Positions 19,417 to 29,150 are shown, numbered from the stretch's first letter. The stretch: DNA of 32,000 nucleotides from Promethearchaeum syntrophicum (GCF_008000775.2 NZ_CP042905.2:1380001-1412000); one strand, 5' to 3'. Made by a program: numbers and translations. The notes: a model not told the origin generated them from the sequence alone.

Positions 19417-21354
19417 ATGATAAACAAAAATTATTCTACTAAAACTAAGGTCATCTTTAACTCTATTTCTATTTTTTTGCTTATCATTAGTTATTTATTT
19501 AATATTAGCGACTCTTTCGCATTAGGCAAAATATTTATTAACATTTTTATTGAAAAAAAAATAGATACTATTCAAATTGTCTTTGTAGTACTTTCAGCTC
19601 TCATTCTTTTCATTAATATTTTATGTTTACTTTCCTATTCGTTAAAGAAATCTATCGAAATGAAATTGTTTCTTATTTTTTCATTTATATTATTTTATAT
19701 TATAATTATTGGTCCTGGTCTTAATACATTAAGAATCCATGACCATGATGCTATGCTTCATCTTTATATTGTCGAGGGGATTAATTCATCATTAGAATTT
19801 CCATATTATTCTCAATATTCAAATTATATCTTTCACCGGTTTCTTGCCTTCATATCCAGAATAACAAAAATAAATCCGCACAGTTTATTTTTATTTTTTC
19901 CACAATTTATTATGTACCTTTTATATTGTATTGGTGTAATACTGATTTTGAGATTATTAGTTGATAAAAACTCCATTTTTTATAAAAAAAATATCTATTT
20001 GGTAACAATGTGCAATCCTTTTTTGATTTCTGTTTTTGCAGGTGCAAAACCCATTTCATTCTTAATCTCAATTTTTCCTCTAATTTTATATCTTTCAATT
20101 AAAACAACAAAATTAAATCTCATTATCTTGTCAATCCTGTTATATATTTGTGTAGGTTCTCATGTACATGGTTATTTTATTTTAGTTATGATAATTTGTT
20201 TTTTAATCATAAAGTTGATTGTTAGAATTTATTTTAAAAAAGCAAATAATCTTAAGATTATTTCTTATTTAAAAGTAGGATTTTTCTTAATTTGCTTAAT
20301 ACCTTTTCTTTTTCCTTCACTATTATATAATTTGTTTAATTTTTTATCAGTAGATAATTTAATAATAGAAATTTTTGTGAATGAGTTTTATTCTGGTAGT
20401 TTCATAAAAAGATATGGTGTATTTCAGCATGAAAATTTTTTCTCCTTTCTTTATTTTAGCCACAGTATTATCGGAATGTCAATATTTTGTTATGTTATAC
20501 CGTTTTTTGTTGTTTTTTTAAACCAATTCAGTTTTTATTACATTAAAAATAGTAAAACAATTTTGTTTGATAATAAAATGCAATTACGTTTTTTTTGTGA
20601 CTTTTATTTCATTTTCATTATAATTAGTTTATTTTTTGGATCTAGTATTGATTTTTGGAGATTTTCTTGGATGGCTTGTAGTATATATTTCATAATTTTT
20701 ATCTATTTTTGGTTAGTTTTTTTAAAAGAACAGAAAAGTATTTTTTCCAATATTAAAAACCAATTTATTTTAAGAACTTATACAAAATTTCAAGATAGAA
20801 TACAAAACATGAAAAATAAATTAATAAGAAAGGTTTCGCTTATTGAATTTAAAAAAAAAATTGACGCATTATGTTTAATAATTGTTTTATTATTTTCTTT
20901 GCTAAATTTCTCCTTTTTTTCAGTACTTCCTTATTCAAATGAACAATATAATACTTCAGAATGGATTAATGAAAATACGCCTACTGATTCCATTTTTTTA
21001 CTTCATCCTTATTTTGAAAATTTTATTAAAGGAATGACGTTGAGAGATACTACTGAAAATTGCTCTAAATTATTTGATCTTAATTTGAATTCTTCAGAAA
21101 GATCAAAATCATTTTTCTTATTGAATAATTCCGATTTTAGATTTAGTAACCATTCAAAAGGTTACTTATCTTTAGATATGAATTATATCAATAGATTAAA
21201 AATGGAGATTTTATGGATAGGAGAGCCTTGCGTTGGTAATGGAGAAGAGTGTGTTCCGTTAAATGTGCTCTATAATGAATTATACAATTCAGATTTATTT
21301 AAATTAGTTTATAATCAAACGAATATTTTAATATATGAAATAAATATCATTTGA
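19417..21354 (+). CDS. Large polytopic membrane protein, possible GT-C-like glycosyltransferase
   Basis: 645 aa, many TM segments. An acidic/His loop motif RIHDHDAMLHLYIVEGINSSLEFPYYSQYSNYIFHRFLAF lies in the first large loop, with a C-terminal soluble domain. Confidence 0.55.
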   Translation: MINKNYSTKTKVIFNSISIFLLIISYLFNISDSFALGKIFINIFIEKKIDTIQIVFVVLSALILFINILCLLSYSLKKSIEMKLFLIFSFILFYIIIIGPGLNTLRIHDHDAMLHLYIVEGINSSLEFPYYSQYSNYIFHRFLAFISRITKINPHSLFLFFPQFIMYLLYCIGVILILRLLVDKNSIFYKKNIYLVTMCNPFLISVFAGAKPISFLISIFPLILYLSIKTTKLNLIILSILLYICVGSHVHGYFILVMIICFLIIKLIVRIYFKKANNLKIISYLKVGFFLICLIPFLFPSLLYNLFNFLSVDNLIIEIFVNEFYSGSFIKRYGVFQHENFFSFLYFSHSIIGMSIFCYVIPFFVVFLNQFSFYYIKNSKTILFDNKMQLRFFCDFYFIFIIISLFFGSSIDFWRFSWMACSIYFIIFIYFWLVFLKEQKSIFSNIKNQFILRTYTKFQDRIQNMKNKLIRKVSLIEFKKKIDALCLIIVLLFSLLNFSFFSVLPYSNEQYNTSEWINENTPTDSIFLLHPYFENFIKGMTLRDTTENCSKLFDLNLNSSERSKSFFLLNNSDFRFSNHSKGYLSLDMNYINRLKMEILWIGEPCVGNGEECVPLNVLYNELYNSDLFKLVYNQTNILIYEINII

Positions 21355-21387
21355 ATCACACTATCATCCAAAGCGTTATATAGATCT

Positions 21388-22818
21388 TTATTGATTTATA
21401 CTCTCTAAGATCTTCCGAATCTCTTCCTTCTGGTTTTGTATTGCATATTTTTTAAAGTAATAATCAACATTAATAGGGCTTCTTTCACTTTTATTGAGAT
21501 TTTCAATTCTTTCATTTAATTCTATAGGACTATTTATTAATTCCATTATTCCTTGATTAATGAATTCCTCAAAAAATTCCCATTCAGTTAATTTAATAAT
21601 AAAAATTGGTTTATTAAACATCATACTTTCAAAAATAGCAGTCGAATTAACGCCAATGATTGTTTTTGCTTCAGAAAATAACTTATATAATGGAAATTCC
21701 TCGTCATTATCAATTACAATTATTTTTGGATTCATATTGATATTATATTCTTTTTTCCATCTTTTGTATTCCTTTGGATGAAGTTTGATATATATTCTCT
21801 TATCTGTTATATCTACAAATTCTTTTGCAAATTTACATAATTCAAATCCAATCGTTGGGGAAGAAATAAATAAAATCTTATTTTGTTTGTTTTGATTTTG
21901 ATATTTATTAAACTCATGTTCAAAATAAGGAAATCCGACTGTTTTAATATTACTTTTTGGAAAAGGTAGTTGAAGTACTTCTTCCCAATATTTCCCGAAT
22001 GTAAAAAAATAGTCCGGAAGTACATCAGGTTTTACATTTTTTGGAAAATTATATGCTAATTGAATCGGATTAATCGCACCATGTTGGAATTCAATAGTTG
22101 GTATTCCCTTCTTTTTACACATTTCGTTCATTAACATTAATACTTGAATATTATTGAAAACATATATAATCAGTTTGGGTTGGTAGAAATCTATAAGTTT
22201 TTCGAGAACTTTATTATAAGAATATCTAAACTTTATTTTTTTTTTTACTTCTTTGATAAAATTAATTTTGATATTGAAATCTTGATTTATCCGTTCATTC
22301 ACCTTATTTAATTTCATAATATCTTCTTTTGTGAATTCGACTTTGATGAATTTTTCTAGAAGAAATCCCAATCCATAGAAATAATTTAGATAAAGAGTAT
22401 CCTTTATCTTTGGAATTTTAACATCATCATAAAGTTGTTCAATGACTTGATATTGAAAATTTACATCTTTTAATAAAAAGTCAGTAAATATATCCCAATT
22501 CTCATTATCAATTCTTTTTTTTCTAGGAAAGCTAAAAATTAAAACTTCTGTTTTCTTTTTTTTGCCAATCATAGCTTCTTTTTTATAGAAAATATTTTTT
22601 ATTGTTCTAATGATTTTTTTTAGAATTCCGTAAAGGCTTTGATCGATATCACCACTTGAAACATTACCTATTATATTTAATTTTTCTAGAATTAACGCAA
22701 AAAGATATGGTCTTATGTGTGCCCAAATTTTTACTCCACAAATATTTAATTCAAATAAATTTAATTCTTTTTCAATTCGATCGAATTGGGATTTTATTTC
22801 TTTTAGATCTATTGTCAT
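21388..22818 (-). CDS. GT-B-like capsule/surface-carbohydrate glycosyltransferase (family uncertain)
   Basis: 476 aa: KKKGIPTIEFQHGAINPIQLAYNFPK, PDYFFTFGKYWEEVL, KTVGFPYFEHEF, ILFISSPTIGFEL, RIYIKLHPKEYKRWKKEY, IIGVNSTAIFESMMFNKPIFIIKL. These resemble the CDP-glycerol/KpsC/polysialyltransferase superfamily. Confidence 0.6.
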   Translation of the reverse strand: MTIDLKEIKSQFDRIEKELNLFELNICGVKIWAHIRPYLFALILEKLNIIGNVSSGDIDQSLYGILKKIIRTIKNIFYKKEAMIGKKKKTEVLIFSFPRKKRIDNENWDIFTDFLLKDVNFQYQVIEQLYDDVKIPKIKDTLYLNYFYGLGFLLEKFIKVEFTKEDIMKLNKVNERINQDFNIKINFIKEVKKKIKFRYSYNKVLEKLIDFYQPKLIIYVFNNIQVLMLMNEMCKKKGIPTIEFQHGAINPIQLAYNFPKNVKPDVLPDYFFTFGKYWEEVLQLPFPKSNIKTVGFPYFEHEFNKYQNQNKQNKILFISSPTIGFELCKFAKEFVDITDKRIYIKLHPKEYKRWKKEYNINMNPKIIVIDNDEEFPLYKLFSEAKTIIGVNSTAIFESMMFNKPIFIIKLTEWEFFEEFINQGIMELINSPIELNERIENLNKSERSPINVDYYFKKYAIQNQKEEIRKILESINQ

Positions 22819-23262
22819 ATAGGGTCACTAAAATAAACTAATTAGTATACTGATTCTCTTAATAAATTAAATTTTTTATTTCCTATAGAAATTGTGTCTT
22901 AACTAAAGGAATTTCTTAGATTAGTTAAACAAATTTGTATCTATTCCTTATAGAATATCTATTATTAAAAATCTATATAATTGAAATTTTTAGAAGTCAT
23001 TTTATAAGATATTATAATTCTTAAATCAAAAATGTTATTTTTCTAATTAATTTATGAATTTTATTGAAAATAAGTATAGAAATTGCATAATTTTAAAATG
23101 CGATTAAAACAGAATTATAATGAAAAATGAATCTTATGTTTGATTTCATGAATATAAATTTCCAAAAAACCATATTTTCCTTCATAAAATACTATTCAAG
23201 AAAAATCGAAAAAAATTAAAATTCTTAGTTATTTATTTTTTCTATATAATTCAATAAGATGT

Positions 23263-24450
23263 ATGATAAAAATGAGAGAATATAAATTATCGGATGACAA
23301 TTGGGATGAATTTGAATTAAATGCTATCCAAAAAGTAATAAAATCTAACAGGTTTTCTATGGGACAAGAAGTAAAAAACTTCGAAAAAGAATTCGCAGAA
23401 AAATTTCGTGTTAAATATGCGGTCATGGTAAATTCAGGTTCTTCTGCAAACTTATTGGCTGTTGCTTCTCTATTTTATTCCGGTAAATTGAATAAAGGAG
23501 ATGAAATCATCGTTCCTGCTGTTTCGTGGAGTACAACATATTTTCCCCTTCAACAGTATGGTTTGAAAGTAAAATTTGTAGATATTAATTTAGAAACTTT
23601 AAATTTAGATATAAATCTCTTTAAAAAGAGTATTTCAGAAAAAACTAAGGCTGTTTTTATCGTGAATTTACTCGGAAACCCAAATAATTTTAATGCTTTA
23701 GAAGAAATAACTCAAGAGAAAAACATTATTATTTTAGAAGATAATTGTGAAGCAATGGGTGCTACATATAATGGAAAACAACTTGGAACATTTGGTTTAA
23801 TAGGCACTTATTCTACTTTTTATTCACATCATCTTTGCACAATGGAAGGTGGTGTTTGTGTTACAAACGATGAAGAATTATATCATTACATGTTATCTAT
23901 AAGAGCTCATGGATGGACTCGAAACTTACCTAGAAATAGTAAAATTTATCATAAAAAATTAAATGAATTCTATGAAAGTTTTAACTTTATTTTACCTGGG
24001 TATAATTTAAGACCTCTTGAAATTGAAGCTGCAATTGGTAGAGAGCAATTAAAAAAGTTAGATAGTATAATATACCAGAGGAAGGAAAATGCAAAATTTT
24101 TCAAACAAAAGATGAGTCAAATTCCAGATATTTTAATACAAAAGGAAATTGGTGAGAGCTCTTGGTTTGGATTTTCAATTATCTTAATTGGCAATAATAA
24201 AGGAAGAAGAGATTCAATTATTCAAGTGCTTAGAAAAAATAATATTGAAGTTAGACCAATCGTAGCAGGGAATTTTACTAAGAACGAAGTAATCAAGTAT
24301 TTCAATTACGAAATATATGATAAATTAATAAATGCTGATAATATACATGAAAACGGTTTTTTTGTTGGAAACCATTCTAAATCAAACAAAGAGCAAGTTG
24401 AATTTTTATATGAAGTATTAACTAATGCAATTTTGGAAAACAAAGAATAA
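23263..24450 (+). CDS. colD: ColD-like sugar-nucleotide 3-dehydratase (DegT fold, His in place of the catalytic Lys)
   Basis: NWDEFELNAIQKVIKSNRFSMGQEVKNFEKEFAEKF, YAVMVNSGSSANLL, KGDEIIVPAVSWSTTYFPLQQYGLKVKFVDINLETLNLDI, VNLLGNPNNF, LEDNCEAMGA, STFYSHHLCTMEGGVCVTNDEELYHYMLSIRAHGWTRNLP, NFILPGYNLRPLEIEAAIGREQLKKL. HH sits where the internal-aldimine Lys would be. Confidence 0.82.
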   Translation: MIKMREYKLSDDNWDEFELNAIQKVIKSNRFSMGQEVKNFEKEFAEKFRVKYAVMVNSGSSANLLAVASLFYSGKLNKGDEIIVPAVSWSTTYFPLQQYGLKVKFVDINLETLNLDINLFKKSISEKTKAVFIVNLLGNPNNFNALEEITQEKNIIILEDNCEAMGATYNGKQLGTFGLIGTYSTFYSHHLCTMEGGVCVTNDEELYHYMLSIRAHGWTRNLPRNSKIYHKKLNEFYESFNFILPGYNLRPLEIEAAIGREQLKKLDSIIYQRKENAKFFKQKMSQIPDILIQKEIGESSWFGFSIILIGNNKGRRDSIIQVLRKNNIEVRPIVAGNFTKNEVIKYFNYEIYDKLINADNIHENGFFVGNHSKSNKEQVEFLYEVLTNAILENKE

Positions 24451-24562
24451 AGTGTGACTTAATAAGATATTACCTACAGAATTATCTTCAAATATTTGTT
24501 GATTTCATATAATGAGCCCATTGTTTGGAACCACATTCTACATCCAATATTGCTTCACCTTT

Positions 24563-25582
24563 TTAATAATCTTTAAACTTTTTTAGAATGCATTTACAAA
24601 TACGATACACACCATTACCATCAAAATTCGAGTAAAGATGTTCAATTTTAGAATGATATGAAGCTAAATTTAAATACAAATTGGAAACAACACTCTCTAG
24701 ATCTTCCCATTTAATTTGCTTTTGATTACCTAAGAATAAAACATTGTGATTTTTTAAAAGAAGTGCACAATCTTCTTGATTCTCAGCGATAGTAAAAATA
24801 ATTATGGGTTTATTTAGGGCCAAAACTTCATAAACTGTTGATCCTGCAGCTGATATAATGATAGCCGAAGATAAAATTATTTCTTTCAAACTTTCAGGAG
24901 CGTGAATCAAACATTCATTTTTTTTTTTTTTCTTCGATAATTCTTCTACAATATCATCAGTAAAAGCAGGACCTATTATATAATTAATTGGCAAATCAAG
25001 ATTCTTCAAATATTTTTGAAATTTTGGAAGAATTCTATAAAAATCTGCAGCTCCTGAAGTGATTGTAATGAAAATATCTTTATTTAATGGTTTGATAATT
25101 TGCTGATCATGTGAAAATGATGTCCAATACTCTCTTTTCATAGGTAAATATTCGGGTCCTAAAAGATATAATGTACTCTCATGATATTTTGGATAGAATT
25201 TTCTATTCGCATAGATATTTCCGTTGATAAGTACTCTTGGATTGATTTTTTTATAGAGATTATTATCATCTAATAATACAAGAAAGAAATTTTTTATCAT
25301 TAATTTTAAATAATGATTAGTTGCCAAATAAGAATCAAAAAATACTATATCAGGATCTAATGATTTAATGATAGAAATATCATAATCATCAAATTTTTCA
25401 GAAGAAATTGTTTTGTAAGATTCACAAAAAGCTTCACCTTCTTTATTGACAATGAAAAAAATATTTAAATGCAAATTTGGGTAGTAATAAGTAAAACCAG
25501 AAGCAATACTTAAACAACGATTTAGATGTCCTAATCCAATATTTTTTCCCGCATTTGTTCTAAAAACTATTTTCATGGTCAA
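24563..25582 (-). CDS. pseG: PseG/SpsG-like UDP-sugar hydrolase (nonulosonate pathway)
   Basis: MKIVFRTNAGKNIGLGHLNRCLSIASGF, VFFDSYLATNHYLK, SAAGSTVYEVLALNKPIIIFTIAENQEDCALLLK. Confidence 0.83.
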   Translation of the reverse strand: MTMKIVFRTNAGKNIGLGHLNRCLSIASGFTYYYPNLHLNIFFIVNKEGEAFCESYKTISSEKFDDYDISIIKSLDPDIVFFDSYLATNHYLKLMIKNFFLVLLDDNNLYKKINPRVLINGNIYANRKFYPKYHESTLYLLGPEYLPMKREYWTSFSHDQQIIKPLNKDIFITITSGAADFYRILPKFQKYLKNLDLPINYIIGPAFTDDIVEELSKKKKKNECLIHAPESLKEIILSSAIIISAAGSTVYEVLALNKPIIIFTIAENQEDCALLLKNHNVLFLGNQKQIKWEDLESVVSNLYLNLASYHSKIEHLYSNFDGNGVYRICKCILKKFKDY

Positions 25583-25677
25583 TGATTAGAATAAAATGAG
25601 ATTATTCTAAAATGTAATGCATTTTCAAAAATTATTGGTCAAAGTTTTAATTGAATAGATGATTTGAGAAAGCAATT

Positions 25678-26226
25678 ATGGATCTTCAATTTAAGAGATT
25701 AAATGAAAAATACCTTGAAAAAGTAAGAAATTGGAGAAATAATTCAGAAATTTCACAATATATGTATACAAATCATGAAATAACCAAAGAAGAACATTTA
25801 AATTGGTATCATAATTACGTTCAAAAAGGAAAAATTCATTTTTGGATTGTAATCCTAAATGGAATTCCTATTGGAGCTATAAATATATCTAATATTGATA
25901 AAGTGAATAAAAGATGCTTTTGGGCATATTATTTAGCAGATAGTAGTGTTCGAGGTAAAGGTTTAGGAAAAATAATTGAATTAAATGTATATAAGTATGT
26001 TTTTGAAGAAATGAAAATGAATAAATTATGCTGTGAAGTCTTAAAATCAAATGATATTGTAGTGAAAATTCATCAAAAATATGGTTCCGTTATCGAAGGT
26101 GTATTTAAACAACATATTTTTAAAAATGGTCATTTTCAAGATATTGTTTGTATGGCTATTATTCAATCAAGTTGGGAAGAGAAAAAAATTTTTTTTAATT
26201 TTCCAATTATAGCTTTTGAGAAATGA
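25678..26226 (+). CDS. pseH: PseH-like GNAT sugar N-acetyltransferase
   Basis: LEKVRNWRNNSEISQYMYTNHEITKEEHLNWYHNY, GIPIGAINISNIDKVNKRCFWAYYLADSSVRGKGLGKIIELNVYKYVFEEMKMNKLCCEVLKSNDIVVKIHQKYGSVIEGVFKQHIFKNG. Confidence 0.85.
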   Translation: MDLQFKRLNEKYLEKVRNWRNNSEISQYMYTNHEITKEEHLNWYHNYVQKGKIHFWIVILNGIPIGAINISNIDKVNKRCFWAYYLADSSVRGKGLGKIIELNVYKYVFEEMKMNKLCCEVLKSNDIVVKIHQKYGSVIEGVFKQHIFKNGHFQDIVCMAIIQSSWEEKKIFFNFPIIAFEK

Positions 26227-26232
26227 GAGATT

Positions 26233-26935
26233 ATGAAAATTGGAGAAATAATTCAAGCATTAAAGTCAACTACAAGACTCTCCCAATCAATTCAAATAAT
26301 ATGGTTATTGATCATGTTATTAATCGGTTTAAAAAATCTATTAAGATAAATAAAATTATATTAGCGGCTTCTAATCATCCTGAAGATTATGAATTAAAAC
26401 ATAATGTAAAAGAATTAGATTTTCTTTTTTCAAGGTGATTTAGAAGATGAGCTAGCCCGATATTATGAATGTGCAAAATTTTATAATTTAGATCACATTT
26501 TAAGAATAAAAAACGATTGTCTTCGTATTAATCATCAAATTATAAACAAAGGAATTGAATTTATTTTTGAATCCAAAGTCGATTACATATCTACAGAAAC
26601 TGGTTCCGAGAGAATATTTCCACTTGGAATAAATTTTGAAGTTTTTTTTTTAATACTCTTAATAAAGAACACATAAATATAACAGAAAAGAAAAACAGAG
26701 ATCATGTATGTACCTATATTTACCAAAACTATCCAAGCAAATTTAAAATTGCAAAATTAGAGGCAGAACAAAAAGAATATTGTCCAGATATTCGATTTAC
26801 ACTTAATATAAGTCCAGATTATATCATATTAAACTCAGTTTTTAGGTATTTGTATGGGAATTTTGTTGATTTCAGATGCTCATTGCTAGTATCTATTTTA
26901 AAAAATTATCCATAGCTGAAACTACTTAATCCTCA
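26233..26935 (+). pseudogene. Decayed SpsF/PseF-like cytidylyltransferase gene
   Basis: Three frames are needed: MKIGEIIQALKSTTRL (26233 frame) / TLPINSNNMVIDHVINRFKKSIKINKIILAASNHPEDYELKHNVKELDFLF / QGDLEDELARYYECAKFYNLDHILRIKNDCLRINHQIINKGIEFIFESKVDYISTETGSERIFPLGINFEV / FFNTLNKEHINITEKKNRDHVCTYIYQNYPSKFKIAKLEAEQKEYCPDIRFTLNISPDYIILNSVFRYLYGNFVDF. Breaks occur near 26275, at the T-tract near 26421-26430 and at the T9 run 26642-26650. Confidence 0.82.
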
Positions 26936-27042
26936 GATTTATGAAATTAAAACCTTAAAAATGAAAAAGATGAGATTGAAAGCTCAATAAAAATATTAGA
27001 TTTGCAATGGGCAAACGGAATCTTAAAAAAACTAGCATGAAA

Positions 27043-28101
27043 TTATTCCAACATTTCCCATGATAATGGCAATCCTTTTGTCAATTTGTAACGAGTTTTT
27101 TTATTTAACACGTCGTTGTAATACTTGGGTGCTAAACCATCTGCGGGTCTTATTATTTTTATATTTTTACTGGTAATTATTTCTCCCTTCTCAATATCTT
27201 TCGATATAAATATTGATCTTCTTTTTGCCCTATTCATTTTTTCCTGAGATGATAAATCAAAACTTATTTTTCCAATTGCTTTTTCTGCTAATCTAATATT
27301 ATTGACCATTTCTTTGAATTCATGAGGTTCCATTGAGAAAAACGAATCTGGAGTTTTAAACTCACGAGTTAAACAAAAATGTTTCTCAATAACATTAGCC
27401 CCCAAAACCACAGCAGTGATAGCTGCAACATCACCCATAGAATGATCAGAAAAACCAATAGGAAGATTAAACATTTTTTTTAAAGCAAGTATAGTTTTTA
27501 AATTTAGATTTTCTGATACTGCAGGATATGTACTAGAACATTTCAACAAACATACTTGATCGTTTTTTTGTTGTTTAATAACATTTAAAGCTTCTTCGAT
27601 TTCTCCAAGAGTCGCCATTCCTGTAGAAATAATAATTGGTTTTCCTTTTTCAGCAATATATTTTATTAGTGGAAGATCGTTCAATTCAAAAGAAGCAATC
27701 TTATAAAATTCGATATTGATAGATTCTAAGAAGTCAACTGCTGATATATCAAATGGAGTTGAAAAAAAATCAATTCCTACTTTTTCTGCTTCTTTTTTTA
27801 AATCAGATTGCCATTTCCAAGGAGTATGTGCTTGTTGATATAAATTGTATAGATATTGTCCTTTCCAGGCTCCAGAAGATAATTGGAAATATTTTTTATT
27901 CGAATCCAAAGTCATTGTTTCTGCTGTATAAGTTTGTAATTTTATACAGTCTGCACCCGCTTTAGCTGCTGCATGAATAATTTCAATCGCTTTTTGATAT
28001 GAACCACCGTGATTTGCAGACATTTCTGCGATTATATAAGAAGAATGTCCTTCCCCAATAATATTATTACCCACTTTGAAAGAGTTTTTCATTAGATTCA
28101 C
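27043..28101 (-). CDS. pseI: NeuB-family nonulosonate synthase, PseI-like, with C-terminal SAF domain
   Basis: YIIAEMSANHGGSYQKAIEIIHAAAKAGADCIKLQTYTAETMTLDS, QAHTPWKWQSDLKKEAEKVGIDFFSTPFDISAVDFLESINIEFYKIASFELNDLPLIKYIAEKGKPIIISTGMA, PIGFSDHSMG, EKHFCLTREFKTPDSFFSMEP, AKRRSIFISKDIEKGEIITSKNIKIIRPADGLAP. Real start may be a few codons in. Confidence 0.9.
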   Translation of the reverse strand: MNLMKNSFKVGNNIIGEGHSSYIIAEMSANHGGSYQKAIEIIHAAAKAGADCIKLQTYTAETMTLDSNKKYFQLSSGAWKGQYLYNLYQQAHTPWKWQSDLKKEAEKVGIDFFSTPFDISAVDFLESINIEFYKIASFELNDLPLIKYIAEKGKPIIISTGMATLGEIEEALNVIKQQKNDQVCLLKCSSTYPAVSENLNLKTILALKKMFNLPIGFSDHSMGDVAAITAVVLGANVIEKHFCLTREFKTPDSFFSMEPHEFKEMVNNIRLAEKAIGKISFDLSSQEKMNRAKRRSIFISKDIEKGEIITSKNIKIIRPADGLAPKYYNDVLNKKTRYKLTKGLPLSWEMLE

Positions 28102-28388
28102 ATTTTTTTCATTTGTTTTTAAAGAATTTTTTTTTCAATTATTTTTTTTACATCAATTCAAAAAAAGAACATTTCACCTTCTATTAATAATTGTTATTAT
28201 AACCATCAGTAGAATATATAATAATAATAATAATTGAAAATGAAATCATGATTTGTAATTTCATTAGTTATTTTACGATATTAATAAAAATTTCTTCCTA
28301 TTATATCTACTTTCCGAAATCAACAAACATATTTGATTAAATGAATTAATTCTAAAATATTAAAAACTTTTAGAAATTTTAAATCATT

Positions 28389-29150
28389 GTGAAGAAAATA
28401 ATTGTAGTTGTACAAGCTCGATTAGGCTCAACTCGACTCCCGGGTAAAGTTTTAAAAGAAGTTGAAGGTAAACCACTTCTTTGGTATCTATTTGAAAGAT
28501 TAAGGGCATTAAAACATGAAGTTACTTTATTGTTGGCAACATCAGACGCTCTCATAAACAAACCTTTAGAGAAATTTGCCAAAGAAAATGACATTTTAAT
28601 CTATAGAGGAAGCGAAAATGATGTTTTAGATCGATTTTATCAAGCCTCGAAAGAATTTAAAGCTGATATAATAGTCAGAATAACAGGAGATTGTCCATTA
28701 ATCGACCCTAAAGTAATCGACCGTGGATTAGATTTGTATTTGCATAATAAATATCATTATATTAGTAATGGACATCCTCCCACTTATCCTGATGGATATG
28801 ATACCGAAATATTTTCATTTGAGGTATTGGAAAATATGTGGAAGAATGCTTTGAAAAATTCTGAAAGAGAACATGTAACTCCTTTTATTTATAATAATCC
28901 GGAGATTTTTAAAAGATTTAATATTGAATATAAGGAAGACTGGTCGAAATACAGACTAACAGTTGATGAACCCGAGGATTTTGTTGTTATATCAGAAATT
29001 TTAAAACATTTCAAGAAAGATTGGCCAATCGCTTCAATGGAAGATATTATTGAATACTTAAATAATAATGAACATTTATTAAATGCTAACGAAAATATTA
29101 AGAGAAATGAAGGTTATGAAAAATCATTAAATATTGATTTTAAAATTTAG
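28389..29150 (+). CDS. spsF: SpsF-like cytidylyltransferase (intact)
   Basis: KKIIVVVQARLGSTRLPGKVLKEVEGKPLLWYLFERL, SENDVLDRFYQASKEFKADIIVRITGDCPLIDPKVIDRGL, SEREHVTPFIYNNPEIF, YRLTVDEPEDFVVISEIL. GTG start. Confidence 0.88.
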   Translation: MKKIIVVVQARLGSTRLPGKVLKEVEGKPLLWYLFERLRALKHEVTLLLATSDALINKPLEKFAKENDILIYRGSENDVLDRFYQASKEFKADIIVRITGDCPLIDPKVIDRGLDLYLHNKYHYISNGHPPTYPDGYDTEIFSFEVLENMWKNALKNSEREHVTPFIYNNPEIFKRFNIEYKEDWSKYRLTVDEPEDFVVISEILKHFKKDWPIASMEDIIEYLNNNEHLLNANENIKRNEGYEKSLNIDFKI

